A DNA stretch of 64,000 bases. Source: an uncultured Alistipes sp. (GTDB taxonomy: Bacteria; Bacteroidota; Bacteroidia; Bacteroidales; Rikenellaceae). The notes under the pieces were generated by a model. The model had not been told where the DNA came from. It saw only the letters and a list, made by a program, of their open reading frames with translations, and made no database searches. Positions within the stretch are counted from its first letter, which is position 1, and the number at the start of each line of letters is the position of its first letter. Made by a program: the position numbers and the translations under genes. Where the stretch lies: assembly GCA_944320685.1 (NCBI GenBank), contig CALUIK010000007.1, positions 51,747 to 115,746 of the forward strand. Direction: 5' to 3'. Below, piece after piece: positions 1 through 9,370 of the stretch.

Positions 1-516
1 GATCCCGCGACGGGGCACACCGTAAAGGCCCGCATCGGGCGTTACGGTCCCATGGTGGAGATCGAGGGCGCAGAAGGCCAGAAGAGCCGGTTCGCCTCGC
101 TCAAGAAGGGGCAGCTCATAGCCTCGATCACACTCGAGGAGGCGCTCGACCTCTTCGCCCTGCCGCGCAATCTTGGCACCTACGGGGGAGAGGAGCTGGT
201 GGTGGGCATAGGCCGCTACGGCGCCTACGTCCGCTACGGCAAGTCGTTCGTATCGCTGGCCAAGGGCGACGACCCCTACACCATCAGCGCCGAACGCGCC
301 GTGGAACTCATCGAGCAGCACAAGGCGCAGGCCGCAGCGGCGGCGACACCCCTCAAGACCTTCGCCGAGGATCCCGAAATGATAATCAAGAACGGCCGCT
401 ACGGCGCCTATATCGCATACAAAGGCAAGAATTACCGTATGCCGCACGGACGCACGGCCGAAGATATGACATACGGGGAGTGTCTCGAAGCGGTGAAGAC
501 CTCCAAAAGGAAATAA
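1..516 (+). CDS. topA: DNA topoisomerase I, C-terminal part (gene starts upstream of window)
   Basis: Frame is open from base 1 (DPATGHTVKARIGRYGPMV...). It has three GRYG(P/A)xV/I repeats typical of the TopA C-terminal repeat region and a basic tail ending KTSKRK. Confidence 0.88.
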   Translation, partial: DPATGHTVKARIGRYGPMVEIEGAEGQKSRFASLKKGQLIASITLEEALDLFALPRNLGTYGGEELVVGIGRYGAYVRYGKSFVSLAKGDDPYTISAERAVELIEQHKAQAAAAATPLKTFAEDPEMIIKNGRYGAYIAYKGKNYRMPHGRTAEDMTYGECLEAVKTSKRK

Positions 517-558
517 CGACAGCCATACCGGAACACAAACCTTAAAGCCATAACGATT

Positions 559-1755
559 ATGAAGAAATTTACCATGCTTCTGACTGCCGTTCTGGCCGGC
601 GCCGCGCTGACGGCCGGAGCACAGAACACCGACACCCCCGAGGGGTACAAATTCACCGACACCAAAACGGTACAGACGGTGCCAATCACCAACCAATACC
701 GCAGCGGAACCTGCTGGTGCTTCTCGACCATCTCGTTCCTCGAGGAGGAGATACTGCGTGCCGGCGGCCCGCAGGTGAAGCTCTCGGAGATGTGGGTCGT
801 ACGCAACATCTACTTCGAGAAGGCCGTCAAGTACGTACGCCTGCACGGCTCGCTCAACTTCGCCGTGGGCGGCGCCGCCCATGACGTGACGCACGCCATC
901 GAGGAGTACGGCATCGTCCCGCAGGAGGTGTACAAAGGCCTCAACTACGGCACCGAGCTGCCCGAGTTCGGCGAGATAGACGAGGTGCTCAAGGCATACG
1001 TCGACGCCATCATCAAGAACAAGAACGGCAAGCTCACACCCGCATGGCAGGACGGCCTGAACGCCATCCTCGACGCCTACTTCGGCCCGCGCCCCGAAAC
1101 CTTCACATACGAGGGCAAGGAGTACTCGCCCAAGACCTTCGCCGAGTCGCTCCCCATCAAGATGAGCGACTATATCGAGTTCTCGTCGTATACCCACCAC
1201 CCCTTCTACGAGACCTTCGTCATCGAGGTCCCCGACAACTGGCTCTGGGGCGAGGTATACAACGTGCCTCTGGATGAGATGATGCAGGTGGTGGATGCCG
1301 CCATAGCCGAAGGGCACCCCGTGGCATGGGGTACCGACGTCAGCGAGAAGGGCTTTGTCGGCGGCAAGGCCATAGGCGTCATTCCCGAGGTTGCGGAGAA
1401 GAACATGGTAGGCTCGGATGCCGAGAAGTGGGGCAAACTGTCGAACGCCGAGAAGGAGGCCCGCATCTACAGCCTCAACGAGCCCGTCAAGGAGAGGACC
1501 ATCACGCAGGAGATGCGTCAGGAGGCTTTCGACAACTACGAGACCACCGACGACCACGGCATGGTGATCGTGGGCACGGCCGTCGACCAGAACGGTTCTC
1601 CATTCTACAAGGTGCAGAACTCATGGGGCGAACGCCCTCCCTATGACGGTTTCTACTATTTCTCGCGCCCCTTCGTGGAGTACAAGACAATGGATATCAT
1701 GGTCAACAAGAACGTCGTACCCAAAGAGATCCTCAAGAAGATCGGCCTGAAGTAA
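559..1755 (+). CDS. pepC: Cysteine aminopeptidase C / bleomycin hydrolase (peptidase C1B) with signal peptide
   Basis: Papain-fold motifs QYRSGTCWCFS (Cys), DDHGM (His) and QNSWG (Asn). N-terminal signal peptide MKKFTMLLTAVLAGAALTAGA. Confidence 0.9.
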   Translation: MKKFTMLLTAVLAGAALTAGAQNTDTPEGYKFTDTKTVQTVPITNQYRSGTCWCFSTISFLEEEILRAGGPQVKLSEMWVVRNIYFEKAVKYVRLHGSLNFAVGGAAHDVTHAIEEYGIVPQEVYKGLNYGTELPEFGEIDEVLKAYVDAIIKNKNGKLTPAWQDGLNAILDAYFGPRPETFTYEGKEYSPKTFAESLPIKMSDYIEFSSYTHHPFYETFVIEVPDNWLWGEVYNVPLDEMMQVVDAAIAEGHPVAWGTDVSEKGFVGGKAIGVIPEVAEKNMVGSDAEKWGKLSNAEKEARIYSLNEPVKERTITQEMRQEAFDNYETTDDHGMVIVGTAVDQNGSPFYKVQNSWGERPPYDGFYYFSRPFVEYKTMDIMVNKNVVPKEILKKIGLK

Positions 1756-1779
1756 CACCCGGGCCTTGGTAAAAGCCAT

Positions 1780-1817
1780 GCGGGCGGATGATTTCGGATC
1801 ATCCGCCCGCACTCTTT
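1780..1817 (+). terminator. Intrinsic terminator after pepC
   Basis: 13-bp stem gcgggcggatgat / atcatccgcccgc with ttcgg loop, followed by actcttt. Confidence 0.75.
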
Positions 1818-1915
1818 TAGCGATATCGCCCACTGGCGTCAATACAGGCGCGTCCCCGCGATAACGACACAGTCTGCGCACAACAGGGTATCCCCGCCTA
1901 AAAATCGGGTCGGCG

Positions 1916-3307
1916 CTACATGTGGTCGTAACGCTGCGCGGCGATCTGGCGGCGGAACTGCCGCAGCTGGGAAAAGAGAAGCGCAGCGGCCAACAGCACC
2001 GACACGCAGTCCGCCATAGGCATGGTATACCACACACCGTCCACTCCCCAGAATTCGGGCAGGACAAGCAGCAGCGGTATAATGAAGAGCATCTGCCGCG
2101 TCAGCGACAGAAATATGGCCCGCTTCGCCTTGCCTATGTATTGGAAGAAGTTGCCAACGACTATCTGGAAACCCACGACGGGATATAGCATCATTATTAT
2201 CTTCAGGCCGTGCGCCGCGGCATCGATCAGCGCCGTAGCCTCACCGCTGCCATCCTCGCTCACGAAGAGGTGCACGACGGCATAAGGGAATACCTCGCTC
2301 ACGATGAATCCCACCGTCGTGATGGCCATTGCCCAGCCTATGGTCATGCCCAGAACCTTGATCACACGGTCGTACTTCTCTGCTCCGTAATTATACCCTA
2401 CGATAGGCTGCATGCCTTGGTTCAGTCCCATCACCACCATCACGAAGAGGAATGCGACGCGGTTGACGATACCGTAAGCGCCGATATAGAGGTCGCCGCC
2501 GTGGTCACGCAGGGCGTTGTTAATGAGGATCACCACCACGCAGGCGCACGACTGTATGAAGAACGGCGCCATGCCTATACCTATGATATTCCTTATGATT
2601 TCCCATTTGAAACGGAATATTCCGCGGCGGAAATGCAGGAAGCTGTCGGCGCGGGAAAAATGCACTATCTGTATCGCCAGCGATACCATCTGCGCAATCA
2701 CGGTCGCCAGCGCCGAGCCCTTGATACCCCATCCGAAAACGAATATGAAGAGTGCCGCAAGCACCACGTTGACACCCACCGATACGAGCATCACGTACAT
2801 CGACTTGCGCGGATACCCCGAAACGCGCAACTGGTTGTTCAGTCCCAGATATAGGTGCGTGATGACATTGCCCATGAGGATGACGCTCATGAAGTCGCGC
2901 GCATAGCCTATCGTATTCCCGCTGGCGCCGAACAGGTAGAGCAGGTCGTCCAGAAAATAGAGCCCGAGCACCATGAAGATGATACCCATCGAGATATTGA
3001 GCAGTACGACGTTGCCGAGAATCATCTCGGCGGCAGGTTTGTTGCCCTGACCGAGGCGTATGGAGGTGAGGGCCGCCGAACCCGCCCCGACCATTGCGCC
3101 GAAGGCTGCGGCAAGGTTCATCAAGGGCATGGTCAGTGCCAAACCCGATATCGCCATCGGGCCCACGCCGTGACCGATAAATATACTGTCGATCATGTTG
3201 TAGAGCGACGACGACACCATGGCTATGATAGCCGGCATCGCATACCTCTTGAGCAGCGACGACAGATCGTCTGTTCCTAAAGATAGCGGAGAATCCTGTT
3301 CTTTCAT
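1916..3307 (-). CDS. MATE family efflux transporter (MepA-like)
   Basis: 463-aa protein with about 12 hydrophobic segments and MATE motifs (AMPAIIAMVSSSLYNMIDSIFIG, QGMQPIVGYNYGA). Confidence 0.92.
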   Translation of the reverse strand: MKEQDSPLSLGTDDLSSLLKRYAMPAIIAMVSSSLYNMIDSIFIGHGVGPMAISGLALTMPLMNLAAAFGAMVGAGSAALTSIRLGQGNKPAAEMILGNVVLLNISMGIIFMVLGLYFLDDLLYLFGASGNTIGYARDFMSVILMGNVITHLYLGLNNQLRVSGYPRKSMYVMLVSVGVNVVLAALFIFVFGWGIKGSALATVIAQMVSLAIQIVHFSRADSFLHFRRGIFRFKWEIIRNIIGIGMAPFFIQSCACVVVILINNALRDHGGDLYIGAYGIVNRVAFLFVMVVMGLNQGMQPIVGYNYGAEKYDRVIKVLGMTIGWAMAITTVGFIVSEVFPYAVVHLFVSEDGSGEATALIDAAAHGLKIIMMLYPVVGFQIVVGNFFQYIGKAKRAIFLSLTRQMLFIIPLLLVLPEFWGVDGVWYTMPMADCVSVLLAAALLFSQLRQFRRQIAAQRYDHM

Positions 3308-3312
3308 CGCCG

Positions 3313-3320
3313 CAAAATTA
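3313..3320 (-). promoter_or_regulatory. Bacteroidota -7 promoter element (TAATTTTG) for the MATE gene
   Basis: Matches TAnnTTTG on the minus strand, 5 nt upstream of the ATG. Confidence 0.6.
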
Positions 3321-3387
3321 CAAAATTTTAATTATATCCCAACGATTATTACCCCAAAACGGACCTTGCGCCGCAGCTCCGCGACCT

Positions 3388-3999
3388 TTATACGAAATAC
3401 ACCACGACGTGGCCGTCAGGCGTGAAGCGCATCCGCATCTCAACCGTCGCGCCGCCCGTGACGCCGCCGCAGATATGTCCGCCGTCGAAATCGACACTGC
3501 AGATACGGATGTCGCGCCGGAAATCGAGGCCGCGGCGTCCGTACATTTTGAGGAGGCACTCCTTCGCACACCACACGGCGGCAGCAAGACGGGTGTCTTC
3601 GGACAGCAACCGCTCAGCATCGTCGAGAAAGCGCGGTGCAGCCTTTGAGAAATCGCGGTCGGCACGCTCCATATCGACGCCGCAGCGCCTGTCGGACAAT
3701 GCCACGGCCACCATATCGCGGCAATGCGATACGCTCACATAAATGTCGGGATGCGAGACGAGGCACGGGGCTCCGGCATCGTCGTACGAGACACGCGCAC
3801 CATCGCCCATATAGCCGTAGAGCAACGCCCGCCATGCCAGATACTCGCGGCGGCGGTGTTCCGAAGCGAAAACGGCGGCCGCACGCAGGTCCTCGTCGTG
3901 CGCCGTCGCCGCAAGCTCCGCCTCCGGCGGTATCGGCCCTGTCAGAAGCACCCTCCGCCCGCCGGCCGGATATATACCGTCATTCCGATCCGTCATCAT
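3388..3999 (-). CDS. 4'-phosphopantetheinyl transferase (Sfp/EntD-like)
   Basis: Motifs RRREYLAWRALL, VSVSHC, CGVDME and WCAKECLLK. Overlaps the gldE stop, matching the usual Bacteroidota gldE-sfp pair. Confidence 0.85.
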   Translation of the reverse strand: MMTDRNDGIYPAGGRRVLLTGPIPPEAELAATAHDEDLRAAAVFASEHRRREYLAWRALLYGYMGDGARVSYDDAGAPCLVSHPDIYVSVSHCRDMVAVALSDRRCGVDMERADRDFSKAAPRFLDDAERLLSEDTRLAAAVWCAKECLLKMYGRRGLDFRRDIRICSVDFDGGHICGGVTGGATVEMRMRFTPDGHVVVYFV

Positions 4000-5284
4000 T
4001 GCTCACAACGACCTTTATCTTGTCCACACGGCGGCCATCCATTCTGTCCACCGTCAGACGCACGCCGTGCGTCTCCACCGTGTCGCCCTTGCGCAGCAGG
4101 TCGCGCTTGAGTTCGAGCATCAACCCCGCCAACGTCTCGGCACGTCCCTGCACATCGGACATGGCATCGTCCTCCATGTCGAGGACACGTTCGAAATCGA
4201 CAATATGCGTCTTGCCGTCGAACAGATATGTGTTGGCATTGATACGATGGTAGAAGGTCTCCTCCGAATCGCTCTCGTCGGTGATCTCTCCCACGACCTC
4301 CTCGAGTATATCCTCCAGAGAGACGAGGCCCTGCGTGGCGCCGTATTCATCCACGACGATGGCCACATGGATCTTGTTCTCCTGAAAATCCCGCAACAGG
4401 TCGTCGATCTTCTTGTGTTTGGGGACAAAATATATCTTGCGCAGAAGTTTCTGCCACTCGAAATCGTCACCTCTGTTGATATACGGCAGCAGGTCCTTCA
4501 CGTACAACGCGCCCTTTATATCGTCCAGATCCTCGTCATAGACCGGTATGCGCGAGTAGCCCGACCCGATGATCACGCGCTTCACTTCGTCGTAGCCCGA
4601 ATTCATGTCGAGCGCCGTGATGTCGATACGAGGGCGCATGATCTCTTCGACCTCGGTATTGACCATATTGACTATGCCCGACAGCATCTTGTGCTCCTCG
4701 TTCGAGGAGGTGCGCGTCAGGTCGACAGCATCGGCCAGATCCTCCATCGAGATCTCGACATTATGCGTTGCCAGACGGCTCAACCTTCCTCCCGCACGTA
4801 TCAGCACGTATGTGGCTGGATAGCACAGCCAGCTGAAGGCCCTGACCGGATACGCCACGGCACGGGCGAAAGGGATGGGGACCGTCTGCGCCAGCACCTT
4901 CGGCAGGATCTCACCGAAAAGCAGCAGCAGGAACGTCACGAACACCGTCTTGAAGAGGAATTCGTAGCGAGCGAAGTGCCACAACGAGTTCATCACGTTC
5001 GAAGAGAGAATGACGATACATATGTTAACCAGATTGTTCGTCACCAGAATCGTCGCCAGCAGGCGGTCGACATTCGACAGCAGCGATACGATCAACCTGT
5101 CACGCGGGTCCGAGCTTTGCGACATGCGCTGCAGCTCTTTCGGCGTGAGCGAGAAAAACGCCACCTCGGATCCCGAAACCAAAGCCGAGACGGTCAGCAG
5201 AATCAACGTAATGGCGAGCATCACGCCCGCCTCGGACGTGAAACCCAGATATGTGATAGCCGTAGATTCCAAAAATTCAAACAT
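3980..5284 (-). CDS. gldE: Gliding motility-associated protein GldE (CNNM/CBS-pair/CorC-HlyC hemolysin-like)
   Basis: SALVSGSEVAFFSL, LATILVTNNLVN, FGEILPK, CBS pair with GYSRIPVY and VVDEYGATQGLVSLEDILEEVVGEI, and a C-terminal CorC domain. Start codon uncertain. Confidence 0.85.
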   Translation of the reverse strand: MFEFLESTAITYLGFTSEAGVMLAITLILLTVSALVSGSEVAFFSLTPKELQRMSQSSDPRDRLIVSLLSNVDRLLATILVTNNLVNICIVILSSNVMNSLWHFARYEFLFKTVFVTFLLLLFGEILPKVLAQTVPIPFARAVAYPVRAFSWLCYPATYVLIRAGGRLSRLATHNVEISMEDLADAVDLTRTSSNEEHKMLSGIVNMVNTEVEEIMRPRIDITALDMNSGYDEVKRVIIGSGYSRIPVYDEDLDDIKGALYVKDLLPYINRGDDFEWQKLLRKIYFVPKHKKIDDLLRDFQENKIHVAIVVDEYGATQGLVSLEDILEEVVGEITDESDSEETFYHRINANTYLFDGKTHIVDFERVLDMEDDAMSDVQGRAETLAGLMLELKRDLLRKGDTVETHGVRLTVDRMDGRRVDKIKVVVSNDDGSE

Positions 5285-5310
5285 TTAAGTTCTGCCGCCA
5301 CAACCCGCCG

Positions 5311-6675
5311 TCAGAAGAGCGGCGTGTCGTAGTTCTTCTTGTGCTCGTCACCCTGCTCGGCGCGGTCGTCACGCAGCACCTCCTTGCGGCGCGTGACACC
5401 GTCGTTCTGCTCAATGACGAACATCACGTTGCGGCGCTTGAAGGCCGGAGTCCGTATCTCGGCCTCGATGTTGCTGTATTTCGACGGCTTGCGGTCCAAC
5501 ACCGCCGGCGCCGGCGCGTGGTGGCGCGCCACCTGCGGCACAGCGGCCGGTGAGGATGGTACGGCAGCCGGCGACGGCTCCACACGCGGCTCCTCGTCCG
5601 TATCGTCAACGGGAACGATGTCCACATCGAAAGGCTGCTGCGCGAATGGTGCCGGCGCGGGTGTCCTGCGCACAGGCTCGTCATCACTGAAACCCGTGGC
5701 CACGACAACAACCTCCAGCACATTCTCCGGCATGGGCTTCGAGCTGGCGCCCCATATCAGATTGGCCCGATGCTCGACACCATCCTCGTCCTTGTAACTG
5801 GCGTAGCTCTGTATGTAATTGAGCACTTCCATCGCCTCGTCGTACGCCACATCGTCGATATTGGCGGCGGAGATGCTTATAAGTATGTTCTTTGCTCCCG
5901 AGATAAGATTGTTGTCCAGCAGCGGCGAACATAGCGAACGGCGTGCCGCCTCCAGAGCACGGCCCTCGCCTTCGGCCGAGGCCACACCCATGTGCGCGCG
6001 GCCGCTGCCGCGCATCACACGCTCAAGATCGGCGAAATCGACGCGGATAAGGGCGCTCTCGACAGTGATTATCTCGGCGATACCCTTCGTGGCGGCGGCG
6101 AGGATGTCGTCCGCCTTGCCGAAAGCCTGACGTATCGGCAACTTGCCGTACATCTCGCGTATGCTTTCGTTGTTTATCACCAGTAGCGAGTCGGCATACT
6201 TGCGCAGTTCCTCGATACCCTTGACGGCCTGCTCACAGCGCGTCGGTCCCTCGACCGTAAGGGGGGAAGTGACGTTGGCTACGGTCAGCAGCCCCATCTC
6301 GTGCGCCAGCTTCGCGATCACGGGCGAAGCACCCGTACCCGTACCGCCGCCCATGCCGGCAGTGATGAAGACCATGCGCGTACCCGATCCCTCGATATAC
6401 TGCTTGATCTGGTCGAGCGACTCCACGGCAGCCTCACGGCCGCGCTCGGGATCGTTGCCCGCGCCCAGACCGTCGTGCCCCAGACGTATCTTATCCTTGA
6501 CGGGAGAGTTGTCCATGGCACGCTGATCGGTGTTGCATATCAGGAAATTAACCCCTTTGATACCCGTGTTCCACATATGGTTCACGGCATTGCCGCCGGC
6601 GCCGCCTACCCCTATCACCGTTATTATCGAAGATGCCTTTTGGGGCATCGTGAGCTCATTCATCAAATCCTCCAT
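5311..6675 (-). CDS. ftsZ: Cell division protein FtsZ
   Basis: VIGVGGAGGNAVN, tubulin signature GMGGGTGTG and C-terminal core peptide TPAFKRR. Confidence 0.97.
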   Translation of the reverse strand: MEDLMNELTMPQKASSIITVIGVGGAGGNAVNHMWNTGIKGVNFLICNTDQRAMDNSPVKDKIRLGHDGLGAGNDPERGREAAVESLDQIKQYIEGSGTRMVFITAGMGGGTGTGASPVIAKLAHEMGLLTVANVTSPLTVEGPTRCEQAVKGIEELRKYADSLLVINNESIREMYGKLPIRQAFGKADDILAAATKGIAEIITVESALIRVDFADLERVMRGSGRAHMGVASAEGEGRALEAARRSLCSPLLDNNLISGAKNILISISAANIDDVAYDEAMEVLNYIQSYASYKDEDGVEHRANLIWGASSKPMPENVLEVVVVATGFSDDEPVRRTPAPAPFAQQPFDVDIVPVDDTDEEPRVEPSPAAVPSSPAAVPQVARHHAPAPAVLDRKPSKYSNIEAEIRTPAFKRRNVMFVIEQNDGVTRRKEVLRDDRAEQGDEHKKNYDTPLF

Positions 6676-6687
6676 TGTACAGTTGCT

Positions 6688-8187
6688 TTAATAATCGTCG
6701 CCATCGTCACTCTCATCGGGGTTCTTGAATGCCTCATCGAAAGCCCGGCGCGCCTTTTCGCGCAGACGCGAGAACCATCCTCCCTCGTTTGAATCGATAT
6801 CGTCATCATCGTCGTAATCCTCCGAGACCGGATCTGCCGGAATCTCCGCAGGGTCGCTCTTCGCGGCTGCCGCCGCACCGGCCATGCCAGCAGCGGCGCC
6901 AGTGACAGCGCCTGTTCCCGCAACGTGGGCCTTGGCCGCATCCGCAGCGGCCACAGGGTTCTCCGCCGTCTTCTCCACCGCCCGTACGGGCTTGCGCTCG
7001 GGCTCCTCGGCACGTACGTTGCCTACCGGGCAGGGGCCGACCTGCGCGCCGTCGATGAGGATCGACACGGCAAGCGTGAAGGCGGGCGACGCCACCTTCT
7101 CCAACGACTCGGTCGCCACACCCATCTCGGCGCATGCCACGCGCACATCCTGTCCCGTGACACGGTGGAAGAGTTCGTCGGCATTCTTCAGTGCCGCACC
7201 GCCTCCCGTAAGGACGATTCCGGCCGAGAGTTTCTTGGCGAAACCGGCTTCGCGGATCTCGTTCCACACATACTCCGCAATGTCGGTCATGCGCGCCTCG
7301 ATCACGGCGGCCAGATTGAGCCGCAGGATCGACTTGAGCGACCGGCTACTGCTGCGCACCTGAATTATGTCGTCGGGCGTAAGCGCCACCACGGCCGAGC
7401 CGTAGCGTGTCTTGAGCTTCTCGACCTGCTTTTCGGGTATGCCGTAGGCGCGTATATCCCCGTTTACGGCCGAACCGCCTATGGGTATCGAGACCACATG
7501 GCGCAATGCACCGCCGTAATATATGGCCACGTCGGTTACGCCGCCGCCGATGTCTACAACAGCCACGCCCTCCTCCTTTTCGTCTGTCGATACAACCGAG
7601 TCGGCCACGACGGCGCCGTTGGCGAACATGCCCTTGATCTTGATGCCGGCGTCGAGGAAGACGCGGCGCAGGCGGTCCTTGGCCATGTGCTCGCAGAGAA
7701 TGAAGTTGTAGGTCGACGAGAGCTGCTTGCTGTAGCATCCCACGGGGTTCTTCATTTCGGCACCCGTATCGCCGCGGTAGCTTATGGGGAAGAGGTCCAT
7801 TATCACCTCGCCGTCGGCCGCCTTGACGTTGCGCATGCGCTCCATCAGGGCGTTCACATCGCGCTGCGAGATGCAGTTGTCCACATCCTCGACGAAGACG
7901 TGGTCGGTATAGCGCGCACTGCGCACGAACTTGCCCGAAATGCCCACATATGCATCGGTAATGGTGATACCGGCATCCTTCTCGGCACGCTCGCGGGCAC
8001 GGCGCAAGGCCATGCCCACAGACTTGCTGTTGTCGACCATGCCGGCCGAGACGCCCTCGGTAGGCTCCGAAACCACAGTCTCGATGTTCAGCACACCGCC
8101 CTCGGCCACAGTACCGACAGCCACGACCACATTGGACGAGCCCACATCGACCGCTATAACGTAACTCCTCTTGTCCACCTTATCCAC
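6688..8187 (-). CDS. ftsA: Cell division protein FtsA
   Basis: AVDVGSSNV, VVDIGGGVTDVA and GIVLTGGGA actin-like motifs. Lies directly upstream of ftsZ. Confidence 0.95.
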   Translation of the reverse strand: MDKVDKRSYVIAVDVGSSNVVVAVGTVAEGGVLNIETVVSEPTEGVSAGMVDNSKSVGMALRRARERAEKDAGITITDAYVGISGKFVRSARYTDHVFVEDVDNCISQRDVNALMERMRNVKAADGEVIMDLFPISYRGDTGAEMKNPVGCYSKQLSSTYNFILCEHMAKDRLRRVFLDAGIKIKGMFANGAVVADSVVSTDEKEEGVAVVDIGGGVTDVAIYYGGALRHVVSIPIGGSAVNGDIRAYGIPEKQVEKLKTRYGSAVVALTPDDIIQVRSSSRSLKSILRLNLAAVIEARMTDIAEYVWNEIREAGFAKKLSAGIVLTGGGAALKNADELFHRVTGQDVRVACAEMGVATESLEKVASPAFTLAVSILIDGAQVGPCPVGNVRAEEPERKPVRAVEKTAENPVAAADAAKAHVAGTGAVTGAAAGMAGAAAAAKSDPAEIPADPVSEDYDDDDDIDSNEGGWFSRLREKARRAFDEAFKNPDESDDGDDY

Positions 8188-8250
8188 TATGCTCTTCTTG
8201 TTTTGTTTTCAAACATACGGAGGGTGGCCGCATCGCACGGCCGCCCCGGA

Positions 8251-9345
8251 TCATTTGCGGCACACCACCTGCCCCTTGTATTTGACCGAGATGGTACGAT
8301 AGTTCTCCCACCCGATATTGCCGAGGCCGTTCTCGTAGAACGCCAGCAGTCTGTCGAACTTCTCCTCCACATCCTCTATCGCCCCGAACAGTACCGTATG
8401 GTCGCCAGTACGGGGTACCAGCTCCACCTCCAGATCGCCGTTGCTGATGGTTACGGCCACGATCTGCACGATTTCGGCACTCCAGAACGAATCCTCTTCT
8501 ATATATTTTACAAAGTTAATCAGTTTGAGGAAATCTTCATATCTTTTATGTAACTTTTTTTGATTCTCGCGTTCGGCCTCCTGACGCGCCGTCACGGCAT
8601 CGATACGGCGCTCGTTTTCACGCTCCTCGTAACGGTATTTCCGCCGCAGGTCGGCCTTGTGGGCACGCAGGCGCGCAACCCTCTCGTCGAAGTTGTCATG
8701 GCTCTCGAAGATACCCTTCTTGATAAGCATGCGCCGCACCGCCCTGACCGAATCGGCGATCTCCTTCTCCTTCTCGAAGAACGGCACCTTCTCATGCTGC
8801 ATTTCCACGATCCGCGCCTCCGACTGCTCGACGAGCGACGCTATGTAATCCCCCGCATAGCCCACATACTGCGCCGGCACGGGAGGCACGTAACTGCCCG
8901 TAACCACAGGAACGTATACCGCCGTCAACGTCGGCGCGGGGAAAACAAAGCCGTCGGCCGTGACATAACTGTCGTAGCCGTCCACGCGCAACCGCAATGC
9001 CGGTCGCCGCTGCGACACCTCCACGCGCAACACCCCGTCGTAGGAGACATAGGCGTTCACGCGGTCGACAAACCCCTTCTGCCGCACCACACGCTCGATA
9101 CCCGCCAGATCGACCCGATCCAGCGGCTCGCCAACGGTCGCGATCTTGCCGCGCGCGATCCAGTTGCGCACAAGCTCGCCCGTCACCAGAGATTCGTTGC
9201 GCACGCTGTCCTCGACGACCACCTCGAGCGACCGCACCGCAGTCTCGGCCCTGTGCATGTCGGCACGGTGGCCGAAGTAGAACACGAACCCCGCCACGAA
9301 CGCCCACAGGAACAGCGTCAAGCCTATATTTGCGAATCTGCGCAT
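8251..9345 (-). CDS. ftsQ: Cell division protein FtsQ/DivIB (with internal helical insertion)
   Basis: Single N-terminal TM helix, POTRA-like segment (VRVEVSQRRPALR) and C-terminal ...YRTISVKYKGQVVCRK typical of Bacteroidota FtsQ. Sits between murC and ftsA. Confidence 0.85.
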   Translation of the reverse strand: MRRFANIGLTLFLWAFVAGFVFYFGHRADMHRAETAVRSLEVVVEDSVRNESLVTGELVRNWIARGKIATVGEPLDRVDLAGIERVVRQKGFVDRVNAYVSYDGVLRVEVSQRRPALRLRVDGYDSYVTADGFVFPAPTLTAVYVPVVTGSYVPPVPAQYVGYAGDYIASLVEQSEARIVEMQHEKVPFFEKEKEIADSVRAVRRMLIKKGIFESHDNFDERVARLRAHKADLRRKYRYEERENERRIDAVTARQEAERENQKKLHKRYEDFLKLINFVKYIEEDSFWSAEIVQIVAVTISNGDLEVELVPRTGDHTVLFGAIEDVEEKFDRLLAFYENGLGNIGWENYRTISVKYKGQVVCRK

Positions 9346-9370
9346 ATCCGTAATCTCCCCTTGCCCCCAA

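Noticed and set aside
31-420. Repeated GGCCGCTACGGCGCCTA-like sequences near the window start
   Set aside because: They encode the GRYG repeats of the TopA C-terminal domain and are not a DNA repeat array or CRISPR.
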